From Polaribacter sp. (GTDB taxonomy: Bacteria; Bacteroidota; Bacteroidia; Flavobacteriales; Flavobacteriaceae): a stretch of DNA of 64,000 nucleotides. The notes below the pieces were generated by a model. That model had not been told where the DNA came from and searched no databases. It saw only the letters and a list, made by a program, of their open reading frames with translations. Below are positions 20,922 to 30,078 of this stretch, one piece after another. Position 1 is the stretch's first letter; every line of letters starts with the position of its first letter. The stretch covers positions 3,342-67,341 of the forward strand of contig JAOLXX010000008.1 in NCBI GenBank assembly GCA_028343155.1, read 5' to 3'. The translations under genes were made by a program, and so were the position numbers.

Positions 20922-21631
20922 TGGATTTTTTTATCAGCACAAAAAACAGAACAGATAAAGAAGAATTGATGGACGATTTTTCTATTGGTGGTGATTTGTT
21001 GCGTGATACTTTAGACAAATTAGAAAATATAAATCGTTGGTTAGGTGGTAATTTAGTAACTGTAAATTCTTTAAAATCAGTTTTAAAAAACCATCCAAAA
21101 GAAGCGGAAATAACGATTGTAGATATAGGTTGTGGTCATGGAGATATTTTGCGAGATGTAGCTAAGTTTGGAAGAAAACATGATTATAAATTTAAGTTGA
21201 TTGGTATTGATGCAAACCCAACAGCAATAATATATGCAAATGAATTGTCTACAGAATATCCAGAATTAACTTTTAAAACCGAAGATATTTTTTCTGATGA
21301 ATTTAAAAACAGAAAGGTTGACATAGTTTTAGCGACTTTATTCTTACATCATTTTAAAGAAGAGCAATTGGTTTCTTTTTTATCAGACACATTAAAACAA
21401 ACACAAAAAGCAATTATTGTAAACGATTTACACAGGCATAAATTAGCGTATTATTTGTTTATGTTGTTGTCTGTTTTTATTAAAAATAAAATGATAATTA
21501 ACGACGGATTAATCTCTGTTTTAAGAGGTTTTAAAAGAAAAGACTTAGAAATAATGTCTCAAAAAGTAAATGTTAAACCACAAATTTCATGGAAATGGGC
21601 TTTTCGATTTCAATGGATAATTCAAAAATAA
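20921..21631 (+). CDS. SAM-dependent methyltransferase
   Basis: ELMDD, DIGCGHGD, LFLHHF, NDLHR. Confidence 0.9.
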   Translation: MDFFISTKNRTDKEELMDDFSIGGDLLRDTLDKLENINRWLGGNLVTVNSLKSVLKNHPKEAEITIVDIGCGHGDILRDVAKFGRKHDYKFKLIGIDANPTAIIYANELSTEYPELTFKTEDIFSDEFKNRKVDIVLATLFLHHFKEEQLVSFLSDTLKQTQKAIIVNDLHRHKLAYYLFMLLSVFIKNKMIINDGLISVLRGFKRKDLEIMSQKVNVKPQISWKWAFRFQWIIQK

Positions 21632-22684
21632 ATGGCAGTAAAAATAACATCTGTAGCAAAACAATTGCCACAATATTCTAGAGAAACAAAAGATATTATT
21701 CCGTTTGTAAAACTTTGGATGCAAGATCAAGATTCTCGATTTCAACGAAAGGTAATCAAACTTTTTGAAGCCGCAGCAGTAGACAAACGTTACTCAATTA
21801 TGGATCCAGAAGAAGTTTTTACAGCAACTACTTTTGAAGAAAAAAATAATATTTATGCAAGAGAAGTTGTAAAATTAGCAGAAAAATCACTCAAAAAGTC
21901 ATTAGAAAAAGTAAGTTTAAAAGCAACAGATATCGATTATATAATTACGGTAAGTTGCACAGGAATTATGATTCCTTCTATGGACGCATATTTGATTAAT
22001 TCCCTAAAAATGAAACAAGATATTGTACGTTTACCAGTTACAGAAATGGGTTGTGCAGCAGGAGTTTCTGGAATTATTTATGCAAAGAATTTCTTAAAAT
22101 CGAACCCAAATAAAAGAGCCGCAGTAGTTGCTGTGGAAGCTCCAACGGCAACATTTCAGTTAAACGATTATTCCATGACAAACATTGTGAGTGCTGCTAT
22201 TTTTGGTGATGGCGCATCGAGTGTAATTTTATCTTCTTATGAAGAAGATATTGGACCGAAAATTATAGATGAAGCGATGTATCATTTTTACAACTCAACA
22301 AACATGATGGGTTTTAAATTAGTAAATACGGGATTGCAAATGATTTTAGATAAGGAAGTTCCTAAAAAAATATCCGATCATTTTCCTGCAATTGTGCATC
22401 CTTTTTTAGAAAAAAATAACATAACGATAGATGATGTAAATCATTTAATTTTTCATCCAGGAGGAAAAAAAATTGTACAAACGGTAGAAGACTTATTTGG
22501 AGTTTTAGGCAAGAATATAAACGATACAAAAGAAGTTTTACGCTTGTATGGAAACATGTCTAGCGCAACAGTTTTATATGTTTTAGAGCGTTTTATGGAT
22601 AGAAACCCAGTAAAAGGAGAAAGAGGTTTAATGCTGAGTTTTGGTCCAGGTTTTTCTGCGCAACGAATATTATTGGAATGGTAA
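21632..22684 (+). CDS. Type III polyketide synthase
   Basis: Cys-His-Asn triad: MGCAAG, FHPGG, GNMSS; FGDGA, SFGPG. Confidence 0.95.
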   Translation: MAVKITSVAKQLPQYSRETKDIIPFVKLWMQDQDSRFQRKVIKLFEAAAVDKRYSIMDPEEVFTATTFEEKNNIYAREVVKLAEKSLKKSLEKVSLKATDIDYIITVSCTGIMIPSMDAYLINSLKMKQDIVRLPVTEMGCAAGVSGIIYAKNFLKSNPNKRAAVVAVEAPTATFQLNDYSMTNIVSAAIFGDGASSVILSSYEEDIGPKIIDEAMYHFYNSTNMMGFKLVNTGLQMILDKEVPKKISDHFPAIVHPFLEKNNITIDDVNHLIFHPGGKKIVQTVEDLFGVLGKNINDTKEVLRLYGNMSSATVLYVLERFMDRNPVKGERGLMLSFGPGFSAQRILLEW

Positions 22685-22692
22685 AAAGATAG

Positions 22693-22736
22693 TAACCAGA
22701 CCTCACAGGTTTTTGAAAACCTGTGAGGTCTGGTTA
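22693..22736. repeat. REP-like palindrome (ACAGGTTTT family), copy 1
   Basis: Perfect 21-bp arms TAACCAGACCTCACAGGTTTT-tg-AAAACCTGTGAGGTCTGGTTA. Confidence 0.85.
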
Positions 22737-22747
22737 AAGCAAAAAAA

Positions 22748-23191
22748 ATGAATCAAATAGAAATCATAAAAAAGCTTCCTTATAAAAAACCTTTTTTGTT
22801 TGTTGACGAACTTATTGAAGTTTCAGAAAACGGAATTACAGGAAACTACACTTTTAAAGAAAGTGAATTTTTTTATGAAGGTCATTTTAAAGATAATCCA
22901 GTAACTCCAGGTGTAATTTTAACGGAAACCATGGCACAAATTGGTGTTGTTTGTTTGGGAATTTATTTATTAAAAAACGAAAATTCATCAGAAAAAAAAT
23001 CACAAATTGCCTTAACTTCCAATGAAGTTGATTTCTTTTTACCAGTTTTACCGAATGAAAAAGTAACCGTAATTTCAGAAAAAGAGTATTTTAGATTCAA
23101 CAAATTAAAGTGTAAAGTAAAAATGATGAATTCTAAAAACGAATTGGTTTGTAGAGGAATTATTTCTGGAATGATTAAACCTTATGATTAG
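22748..23191 (+). CDS. FabA/FabZ-like 3-hydroxyacyl-ACP dehydratase
   Basis: LPY..PFLFVD, GHF..NPVTPGVILTETMAQ. Confidence 0.9.
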   Translation: MNQIEIIKKLPYKKPFLFVDELIEVSENGITGNYTFKESEFFYEGHFKDNPVTPGVILTETMAQIGVVCLGIYLLKNENSSEKKSQIALTSNEVDFFLPVLPNEKVTVISEKEYFRFNKLKCKVKMMNSKNELVCRGIISGMIKPYD

Positions 23192-23195
23192 CATA

Positions 23196-23226
23196 AGACC
23201 TCACAGGTTTTAAAAACCTATGGTCT
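23196..23226. repeat. REP-like palindrome copy 2 (degenerate right arm)
   Basis: AGACCTCACAGGTTTTAAAAACCTATGGTCT. Confidence 0.75.
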
Positions 23227-23287
23227 GAAAAGTTAATGAAATTAAGAAACAACAAGAGTAAAATTCGTGTCAAAAAAAGAACACAAT

Positions 23288-24556
23288 ATGAGTAAAAGAG
23301 TTGTAATTACTGGTTTAGGAGTTGTAGCACCAAATGGAGTTGGTTTACCAGCATTTACAAAAGCAATTAAATCTGGAATATCAGGAATTACTTTTCATCA
23401 ACATTTAAAAGACAAAGGATTTTCTTGTTGTATTGGCGGAATTCCGTTTATTTCTGAAGAGAAAAAGGTTGAATATTTAACACCTTTACAATTACGAGGT
23501 TTTAACAGTACATCAATTTTATATGGTTGTATAGCAGGAATTGATGCGTGGAAAGATGCAGGTTTTTCAGTAAATGAAAATTCAAAATTAGATTACGATT
23601 CTGGTTTAATTTTTGGAACTGGAACTTCTGGCATCGAAAAATTTAGAGAAGCTATTTATAAAATTGATGATCAAAAAGTAAGACGTTTAGGAAGTACTTC
23701 TGTCGTACAAACTATGGCAAGTGGAATTTCTGCATATTTGGGTGGAATTTTAGGTTTTGGAAACCAAGTTACTACAAATTCTTCCGCTTGTATAACAGGA
23801 ACAGAAGCGCTGTTATTAGGTTTTGAAAGAATAAAAAACGGAAAAGCAAAACGAATGTTAGTTGGCAGCTCTAGCGATAGCAGTTTATATTCTTGGGGAG
23901 GCTTTGATGCGATGAGAGTAATGACTTATAAACACAACGAAATACCAGAAAAAGGATCGAGACCAATGAGTGAAACTGCTTCTGGTTTTGTTCCAGGAAG
24001 TGGAGCAGGAGCTTTAGTTTTAGAATCTTTAGAAAGTGCTTTAGAAAGAAAAGCAACTATTTATGCTGAGGTTTTAGGCGGTAACATCAATTCTGGAGGA
24101 CAAAGAAATGGAGGAACTTTAACAGCACCAAATTCAGAAGCAGTTCAGAAATGTATCTCTGATGCCATTTTAGACGCCAATATTTCAGCAAAAGAAATAG
24201 ATGTTATAAACGGACATTTAACAGCAACTTCTAAAGATTCTTTGGAAATAGAAAATTGGACAAAAGCGTTAAAAATTAAAGGAACAGATTTCCCTTATAT
24301 AAATTCTCTAAAATCTATGATAGGACATTGTTTATCAGCTTCTGGAGCAATAGAATCAGTAGCTTCTGTGCTACAAATTAAAGAAGGTTTTGTGTTTCCA
24401 AATATAAATTGTGAAGATATACACCCAGAAATTTCTGAATTGATTTCTTTGGATAAAATTCCGAGAAATTTAATTGAAAAAAACATTCATTTTTTGGCAA
24501 AAGCAAGCTTTGGTTTTGGTGATGTAAATGCTTGTATTATCTTTAAAAAGTATTAG
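23288..24556 (+). CDS. Beta-ketoacyl-ACP synthase (FabF-like), PKS-cluster paralogue
   Basis: RVVITGLG, SSAC, NGHLTAT, KSMIGHCL, SFGFG. Confidence 0.92.
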   Translation: MSKRVVITGLGVVAPNGVGLPAFTKAIKSGISGITFHQHLKDKGFSCCIGGIPFISEEKKVEYLTPLQLRGFNSTSILYGCIAGIDAWKDAGFSVNENSKLDYDSGLIFGTGTSGIEKFREAIYKIDDQKVRRLGSTSVVQTMASGISAYLGGILGFGNQVTTNSSACITGTEALLLGFERIKNGKAKRMLVGSSSDSSLYSWGGFDAMRVMTYKHNEIPEKGSRPMSETASGFVPGSGAGALVLESLESALERKATIYAEVLGGNINSGGQRNGGTLTAPNSEAVQKCISDAILDANISAKEIDVINGHLTATSKDSLEIENWTKALKIKGTDFPYINSLKSMIGHCLSASGAIESVASVLQIKEGFVFPNINCEDIHPEISELISLDKIPRNLIEKNIHFLAKASFGFGDVNACIIFKKY

Positions 24557-24571
24557 TATTTTACCTAATAG

Positions 24572-24604
24572 AGATCTCACAGGTTTTAAAAACCTGTGAG
24601 ATCT
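24572..24604. repeat. REP-like palindrome copy 3
   Basis: AGATCTCACAGGTTTT-a-AAAACCTGTGAGATCT; compensatory C>T/G>A change relative to copy 1. Confidence 0.85.
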
Positions 24605-24630
24605 GATTCGAAAAACAGTATAATTATACG

Positions 24631-24882
24631 ATGAAAAAAGAAGAAATAATCAAAAAATTAACAATCATTGTAAAACCCTATGTTCAGAATGAAGAGGGTT
24701 TTAAAAACATGTCTGAAGAAACAGATTTTATAAACGATTTAGAAATAAATTCGGCTAATTTGGTAGATATTATTCTAGATGTAGAAGATGAATTTAAGAT
24801 AGAAATAGATAATGATTCTATGGAGAAAATGTTGTCAGTAAAAGCTACGGTTGCTATTATTCAAACAAAAATGAATGCATAA
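24631..24882 (+). CDS. Acyl carrier protein (cluster-specific)
   Basis: Acidic 83 aa; DLEINSANLVD..EDEF.IEI. Confidence 0.88.
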   Translation: MKKEEIIKKLTIIVKPYVQNEEGFKNMSEETDFINDLEINSANLVDIILDVEDEFKIEIDNDSMEKMLSVKATVAIIQTKMNA

Positions 24883-25435
24883 TATAGGCAATGATATTAT
24901 TGATTTAAAATTGGCTAAAACTCAAAGTAATTGGCAACGAAAAGGCTTTTTAGAAAAACAATTTACAGAAAAGGAACAAAAACACATTATAAATTCTTTG
25001 AATCCTTTTTTACAAGTTTGGTTGTTTTGGTCTATGAAAGAAGCGGCATATAAATGCTATGTTCAACAATATAAAAAACGATTTTTTGCACCTAAAAAAT
25101 TTTTATGTAAGATAATTTCTAACCAAGAAGGAACTGTACAAATTGATAATGAAATATATAACGTAACATTTATAATATCAGATAATTACATTCATTCTGT
25201 TGCTGCCAAAAAACAGCAGCTTAATATAGTTTCAGAATTGTTTTATTTTGATAAAAGCAATTCTAAAAATAAGATTTTAGATTATAAATTATTATCTCTT
25301 TTCTCTGCTGAAACGAAACTTCAAAAGAACAGTTTAGGAATTCCTTATTTTTATAAAAACAATGTAAAACTACCCATTTCTATTTCAAAATCTCATCATG
25401 GAAATTATGGCGGGTTTGTAATCTTATACAACTAA
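24875..25435 (+). CDS. 4'-phosphopantetheinyl transferase
   Basis: IGNDIID, WSMKEAAYK, ISKSH. Confidence 0.88.
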   Translation: MHNIGNDIIDLKLAKTQSNWQRKGFLEKQFTEKEQKHIINSLNPFLQVWLFWSMKEAAYKCYVQQYKKRFFAPKKFLCKIISNQEGTVQIDNEIYNVTFIISDNYIHSVAAKKQQLNIVSELFYFDKSNSKNKILDYKLLSLFSAETKLQKNSLGIPYFYKNNVKLPISISKSHHGNYGGFVILYN

Positions 25436-25884
25436 TGAATCTTAAAGAAGAACTTTTTAAATTATGTGAAGCATTTGTTAACAAACGATTGCAAACAGTT
25501 AATGAAATAATTTCGTCTAACCAGAAAGCATTACAATCTGAAACAAAAAGTTCGGCAGGAGATAAACATGAAACTGGTAGAGCCATGTTACAGTTAGAAA
25601 TGGAAAAATCAGGTCAGCAACTTTCTGGAATCAGACAAATGAAAGAAGTTTTGGCTAAAACAGATCGTTCTAAAAATTCTGAAATAGCACATTTAGGAAG
25701 TATTATTGAAACAAACTTTGCAAACTATTTTCTATCAATTTCTGCGGGAAAAATAATAATCAGAAATAAAACGTACTATGCTATTTCTGTTTCTTCACCA
25801 ATAGGTAACTTATTACTTGGTGCAAAAAAAGATAAAGAAATTATTTTTAACGGAAAAAAAATTCAAATTAAAAAAATTATATAA
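25435..25884 (+). CDS. GreA/GreB-like coiled-coil protein
   Basis: ETKSSAGDKHETGRAM; C-terminal IS..SPIG..LLG. Confidence 0.7.
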   Translation: MNLKEELFKLCEAFVNKRLQTVNEIISSNQKALQSETKSSAGDKHETGRAMLQLEMEKSGQQLSGIRQMKEVLAKTDRSKNSEIAHLGSIIETNFANYFLSISAGKIIIRNKTYYAISVSSPIGNLLLGAKKDKEIIFNGKKIQIKKII

Positions 25885-25950
25885 ATTTTTAGATTTTCTT
25901 TAGTACATTTACAATGTAAAAATTGGTTAACCAATTTTAAAACCCTAAAA

Positions 25951-28347
25951 ATGAAATACAAAGTACTCTTATTAATTTTTGCTATTTTTTTTATTTGTAG
26001 CACAAAAGCACAGCTTGTAAATAATAATTCAGAATTACAAACAGCAATTTCTAATGCTTCTGCAGGTTCAGAAATTATTTTAGCAGATGGAAATTGGAAC
26101 AATGTTTTTATAAATATTAATAAAAGCGGAACTTCCTCTTCACCAATTACGATTACTGCTCAAAACTCAGGAGCAGTTTTTATGACGGGTAATTCTAGAG
26201 TTTATATGAGAGGGAATTATGTAACTGTTTCTGGATTGGTATTTCAAAACCCCTCAAATTTAGTTGTTAGTGGTTCTACAATTGAACCAATTTTTGAACT
26301 AAATCAATGTGATAATTGTAAGATTATCAATAATAAAATTGATTCATATAATGGAACAGAGGCTCAAAAAACCATGAAATTTAAATGGGTGTATATTGTT
26401 GATGGTCAGTATAATGAAATTGCACACAATTCATTTATCGGTAAATATGGAATAGGTAGTATTATTAATGATAACAGATCATTGGCAAATGCAGATTATT
26501 TAAAAATTCACCATAATTATTTTGCGGATAGAACACCAATTAACGATATCAATAGCGATAACGATCAAGACGCCATTAGAATTGGTACTAGTACTACTTC
26601 TTTAAGCGATTCTTTTTCTGAAGTATACAATAATTACTTTTATAATTATTTCGGTGAAATAGAGATCATTTCTAATAAATCTGGACAAAACAAATATTAT
26701 AATAATACGTTTAGAAAATATGGCGGTGGTTTAACCTTAAGACATGGAAATAACTGTGAAGTCTATGGTAATTATTTTTTTGCAGAAAATAATGATTTTA
26801 CGCTAGGTGTTCGTCTTATAGGTGAAGGACACAAAGTGTATAATAATTATATAGAAGGGATAAATTCTTTTAAACCTAGTGGATCTTTTTCAAGCGTTAC
26901 AGGAGGAATTAATGTAATGAATGGTGTTACCGATTCTCCATTAAATGGTTATTACCAAGTTAAAAATGCGCAAGTAGTTAATAATACTTTTGTAAACTGC
27001 GATTATGCTCTAAGAATTGGGACTTCACTAGGAGGTACAGAAGAACCAGTAAATTTAACTGTTGCCAATAATATAATGTATAATACAAGTATAAATACAT
27101 ACCAAATAGTTACACCACCTTCTGGAACATTCATTTCTGAAGGAAATATTACTAATTTATTAAATAGTGATATTACCGACGATGGAAATTTTCATAGAAT
27201 TACAAATGGAAGTGTTTCAATAGACGCTGCAGTAGGTTCGTATTCTTTTTTAACGAATGATATTTTAGGAGGAACAAGATCATCAAATTACGATGCTGGA
27301 GCCGAAGAATTTGGATCAAATGGAACAAAAATTCCATATATTGCTGCAGATGTAGGCGAAAAAATTGGGTTTTTATCTTCGCAAACTCCTTCTTTAAGTG
27401 CTTCTACAGATGCTATTAGATTTGCTGTTTCTGGAGAAGATATTAATTTTGATGTCAATTCTAATGTAGATTGGACAATTACAGACAATGCGAGTTGGTT
27501 AACATTAAGCGCAACAAATGGAAGTAATAGTGCAACTCTTACTTCAACAGCAACGGCCAATGCTTCGGGAGTAGAAAGAACTGCTACAATAACCATTTCT
27601 GAAACTGGAGGAACACTTAGTTATACGATAGCAGTTACACAATCTGATGGAGTTTTTGATCCAGCTACTGATGCTGTTTCAATTTCTGGCATAACAGTTA
27701 CTGGAGTTGGAACCCAAGCAGGTGACAATATTCCCCAAAATACGTTAGATAAAGATGTAAGTACGCGTTGGTCTGCAAACTCAACAGATGGATCTGCTTA
27801 TTTAACTTATGATTTACAATGTAAAAGAACCGTAACAAGCGTAAAAATTTATTTCCACAAAGGAAATGAAAGAACTTCAAGTTTTAAAATTGCAACATCT
27901 AATGATAATGTAACATTTACAGATGTAACAGCAGTTTTAACAAGTTCAGGTTTTACTGTTGGTTTTGAAGATTTACCATTACCAGCTAACACAGAAGTAA
28001 GATATGTTAGGATTTTAGGATATGGAAATTCTGAAGGAAGTGGTTGGAACAGTTATGAAGAAGTTCAAGTTTTTGGTAATGAAAACTGTGCTTCTTTAAG
28101 TGTAAAAGAGAATTCTTTGCAAAAAATTGGTTTTATTTTGTATCCAATACCTACAAAAAGTAATTTTTTAAATATTAAATCTAAAGCAGAAAATATTGGT
28201 TTGGTTGAAGTGTTTGATGTTCACGGAAAATTTTTATTGAAAAAAGAAATAAATAAGCAAGAAGAATCTATATTTTTAAGAGGTTTTTCAAAAGGTACTT
28301 ATCTAATTAAAAATAGAAATAAAACCTATAAATTTATTGTAAATTAA
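25951..28347 (+). CDS. PL6 (chondroitinase B-like) polysaccharide lyase, probably an alginate lyase, with BACON, F5/8-type C (CBM32) and T9SS C-terminal domains
   Basis: AIRIGTS, EIISNKS, LTLRHG; WT...ASWLTLS..G..RTATITI; TRWS..YVRI.G.GN..WNSYEEV; LYPIPT...G.YLIK. Confidence 0.88.
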   Translation: MKYKVLLLIFAIFFICSTKAQLVNNNSELQTAISNASAGSEIILADGNWNNVFININKSGTSSSPITITAQNSGAVFMTGNSRVYMRGNYVTVSGLVFQNPSNLVVSGSTIEPIFELNQCDNCKIINNKIDSYNGTEAQKTMKFKWVYIVDGQYNEIAHNSFIGKYGIGSIINDNRSLANADYLKIHHNYFADRTPINDINSDNDQDAIRIGTSTTSLSDSFSEVYNNYFYNYFGEIEIISNKSGQNKYYNNTFRKYGGGLTLRHGNNCEVYGNYFFAENNDFTLGVRLIGEGHKVYNNYIEGINSFKPSGSFSSVTGGINVMNGVTDSPLNGYYQVKNAQVVNNTFVNCDYALRIGTSLGGTEEPVNLTVANNIMYNTSINTYQIVTPPSGTFISEGNITNLLNSDITDDGNFHRITNGSVSIDAAVGSYSFLTNDILGGTRSSNYDAGAEEFGSNGTKIPYIAADVGEKIGFLSSQTPSLSASTDAIRFAVSGEDINFDVNSNVDWTITDNASWLTLSATNGSNSATLTSTATANASGVERTATITISETGGTLSYTIAVTQSDGVFDPATDAVSISGITVTGVGTQAGDNIPQNTLDKDVSTRWSANSTDGSAYLTYDLQCKRTVTSVKIYFHKGNERTSSFKIATSNDNVTFTDVTAVLTSSGFTVGFEDLPLPANTEVRYVRILGYGNSEGSGWNSYEEVQVFGNENCASLSVKENSLQKIGFILYPIPTKSNFLNIKSKAENIGLVEVFDVHGKFLLKKEINKQEESIFLRGFSKGTYLIKNRNKTYKFIVN

Positions 28348-28609
28348 TTCTTATAACAAGAAACAGAAGGGTTTATATTATTATACTTTTTGTTCTTTCT
28401 TTTGCACTTTTTTTTATTAAGCATTGTACAACCATTTTTGTTTAACAATACTAGTGAAATGGGTGTTTCTATAGAAGAATGTATTAGTATTACTTCACTT
28501 ATTTTCTTAATCTCCAGCGTTTTATTATTATTGGGTTTTGTTTTTTTACTAAAAGATAAAAGAGCAGAACAAGAAAGTTAATTTGTCATTTTAGTTTAAC
28601 AATTTTTAA

Positions 28610-29214
28610 ATGAAAAAAGCATTATTCTTTTTAGTATTATTATTTTCAATACAAACATTTTTTCAGTCGAACTTTAAACTTTTTTAAAATCGTCTTGTGC
28701 TATAAAAGCATGGGTTATTTTGCATCCTTTTAAATAAAAAAAAACGTATGAAATTTGTATGGAAGCAAATAGAGTATTTCATTCTATAGCAAAAACATAT
28801 TTGCTAGATAAAGATGCGTCTGGCGGACAAGTACATGCTTTTAGGAATGCATTCTGGATAGCAACTTTGAAATAAAGAATTGGTATAATAGCTTCACTTT
28901 CTTTAGGGTAAGCACATGAAAAAAATAATTATAAAACGTATTGAAAAAGAAAACTTGAAGATGGAGTTTTACCTGATGAAATTTCAACTGAAATGGATTT
29001 GTTTAATAATGAAGAAGGATTAAAATTAAGTTCGAGAAAGAGCAAGTTGTCTAAAAAAGAACTCATTTTAAAAATTGTAAAAGCAATAAATTAGGAAAGT
29101 TAAAAATTATAAAAGTGGAAACTTTTATCATGTAATAATGAAGTTATTTCTAAAGGGTCTTTAAAAGGAAAGTGGAAAAATAATAAATGTTTAGTAAGCT
29201 CCAATAATACGTAG
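28610..29214 (+). pseudogene. DUF6973-like secreted protein, heavily decayed
   Basis: Reads through several stops as WVILHPFK*..GGQVHAFRNAFW..G*AHE..MDLFNNEEG. Confidence 0.65.
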
Positions 29215-29339
29215 TTTAATACTTAGTATGGCTTTTTATTAGAAATGGCAATGTCTTATAGTTGTTTATGTTCAATCGTTTAACCAATTTATTTAAAACA
29301 ATTCTAAATAGAATACAAAACACTTGTTATTATTTGTTC

Positions 29340-29364
29340 GGAAAACGTTTTCGCCGTAAATTTG
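29340..29364 (+). promoter_or_regulatory. Palindromic operator next to the sdh promoter
   Basis: GGAAAACGTTTTCG (29340-29353) immediately upstream of TAAATTTG (29357-29364). Confidence 0.55.
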
Positions 29365-29388
29365 TTTAAATTTATAACTAATTATATA

Positions 29389-30066
29389 ATGAGCGGATTT
29401 TTTAAATCTTCAATTGGAAGAAAAGTGTCTATGGCGCTTTCAGCGTTTTTCTTAATGTTCTTCCTACTTCAGCATTTATCAATAAATATTTTATCAGTTT
29501 TAAGTCCAGAGACCTTCAATGAAGTATCTCATTTTATGGGAACAAATCCTTTAGTTCAATTTGTGTTGCAGCCGGTTTTAATTTTTGCCGTTGTTTTTCA
29601 CTTTGTCATGGGCTTTGTATTAGAGCTACGAAACTCTAGCGCAAGAAAAATATCGTATGCTAAGAACAATGGTGCTGGAAATTCTACGTGGATGAGTAGA
29701 AATATGATTTGGAGTGGAATTACAATTCTAGCTTTTATTGGTTTACATTTTATAGATTTTTGGTTTCCAGAAATTAATACAAAATTTATACAAGGAGACT
29801 GGTCTGGAACCATGGAAGGAATCCAAGGTTTTCGTTACCACGAAGAATTGGTTCATAAATTTATAAACCCTGCAAGAGTAGCAGCATATGTAGTTGCTTT
29901 TGTTCTTTTAGGATTGCATTTAGCACACGGTTTTACCTCGGCATTTCAATCTATGGGAGGCACTGCAGGAAGAAAGAAAACACTACAAACTATTGGAAAA
30001 GTATATTCAATTATCATCCCAGCTGGATTTATTTTTATTGCACTTTATCATCACTTTAAGCATTAA
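29389..30066 (+). CDS. sdhC: Succinate dehydrogenase/fumarate reductase cytochrome b subunit
   Basis: SSIGRK..MALS, heme-ligand histidines, LHLAHGF.SAFQS.G. Confidence 0.93.
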   Translation: MSGFFKSSIGRKVSMALSAFFLMFFLLQHLSINILSVLSPETFNEVSHFMGTNPLVQFVLQPVLIFAVVFHFVMGFVLELRNSSARKISYAKNNGAGNSTWMSRNMIWSGITILAFIGLHFIDFWFPEINTKFIQGDWSGTMEGIQGFRYHEELVHKFINPARVAAYVVAFVLLGLHLAHGFTSAFQSMGGTAGRKKTLQTIGKVYSIIIPAGFIFIALYHHFKH

Positions 30067-30078
30067 TCGTATATAATT

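Noticed and set aside
19755-25884. Flexirubin/aryl-polyene cluster
   Set aside because: No darA/darB, chain-length-factor pair, ammonia lyase or glycosyltransferases; the core enzyme is a type III PKS
28390-28581. 63-aa hydrophobic ORF
   Set aside because: TTG start, T-rich low complexity, next to a decayed region; may be a remnant but cannot be supported as a gene
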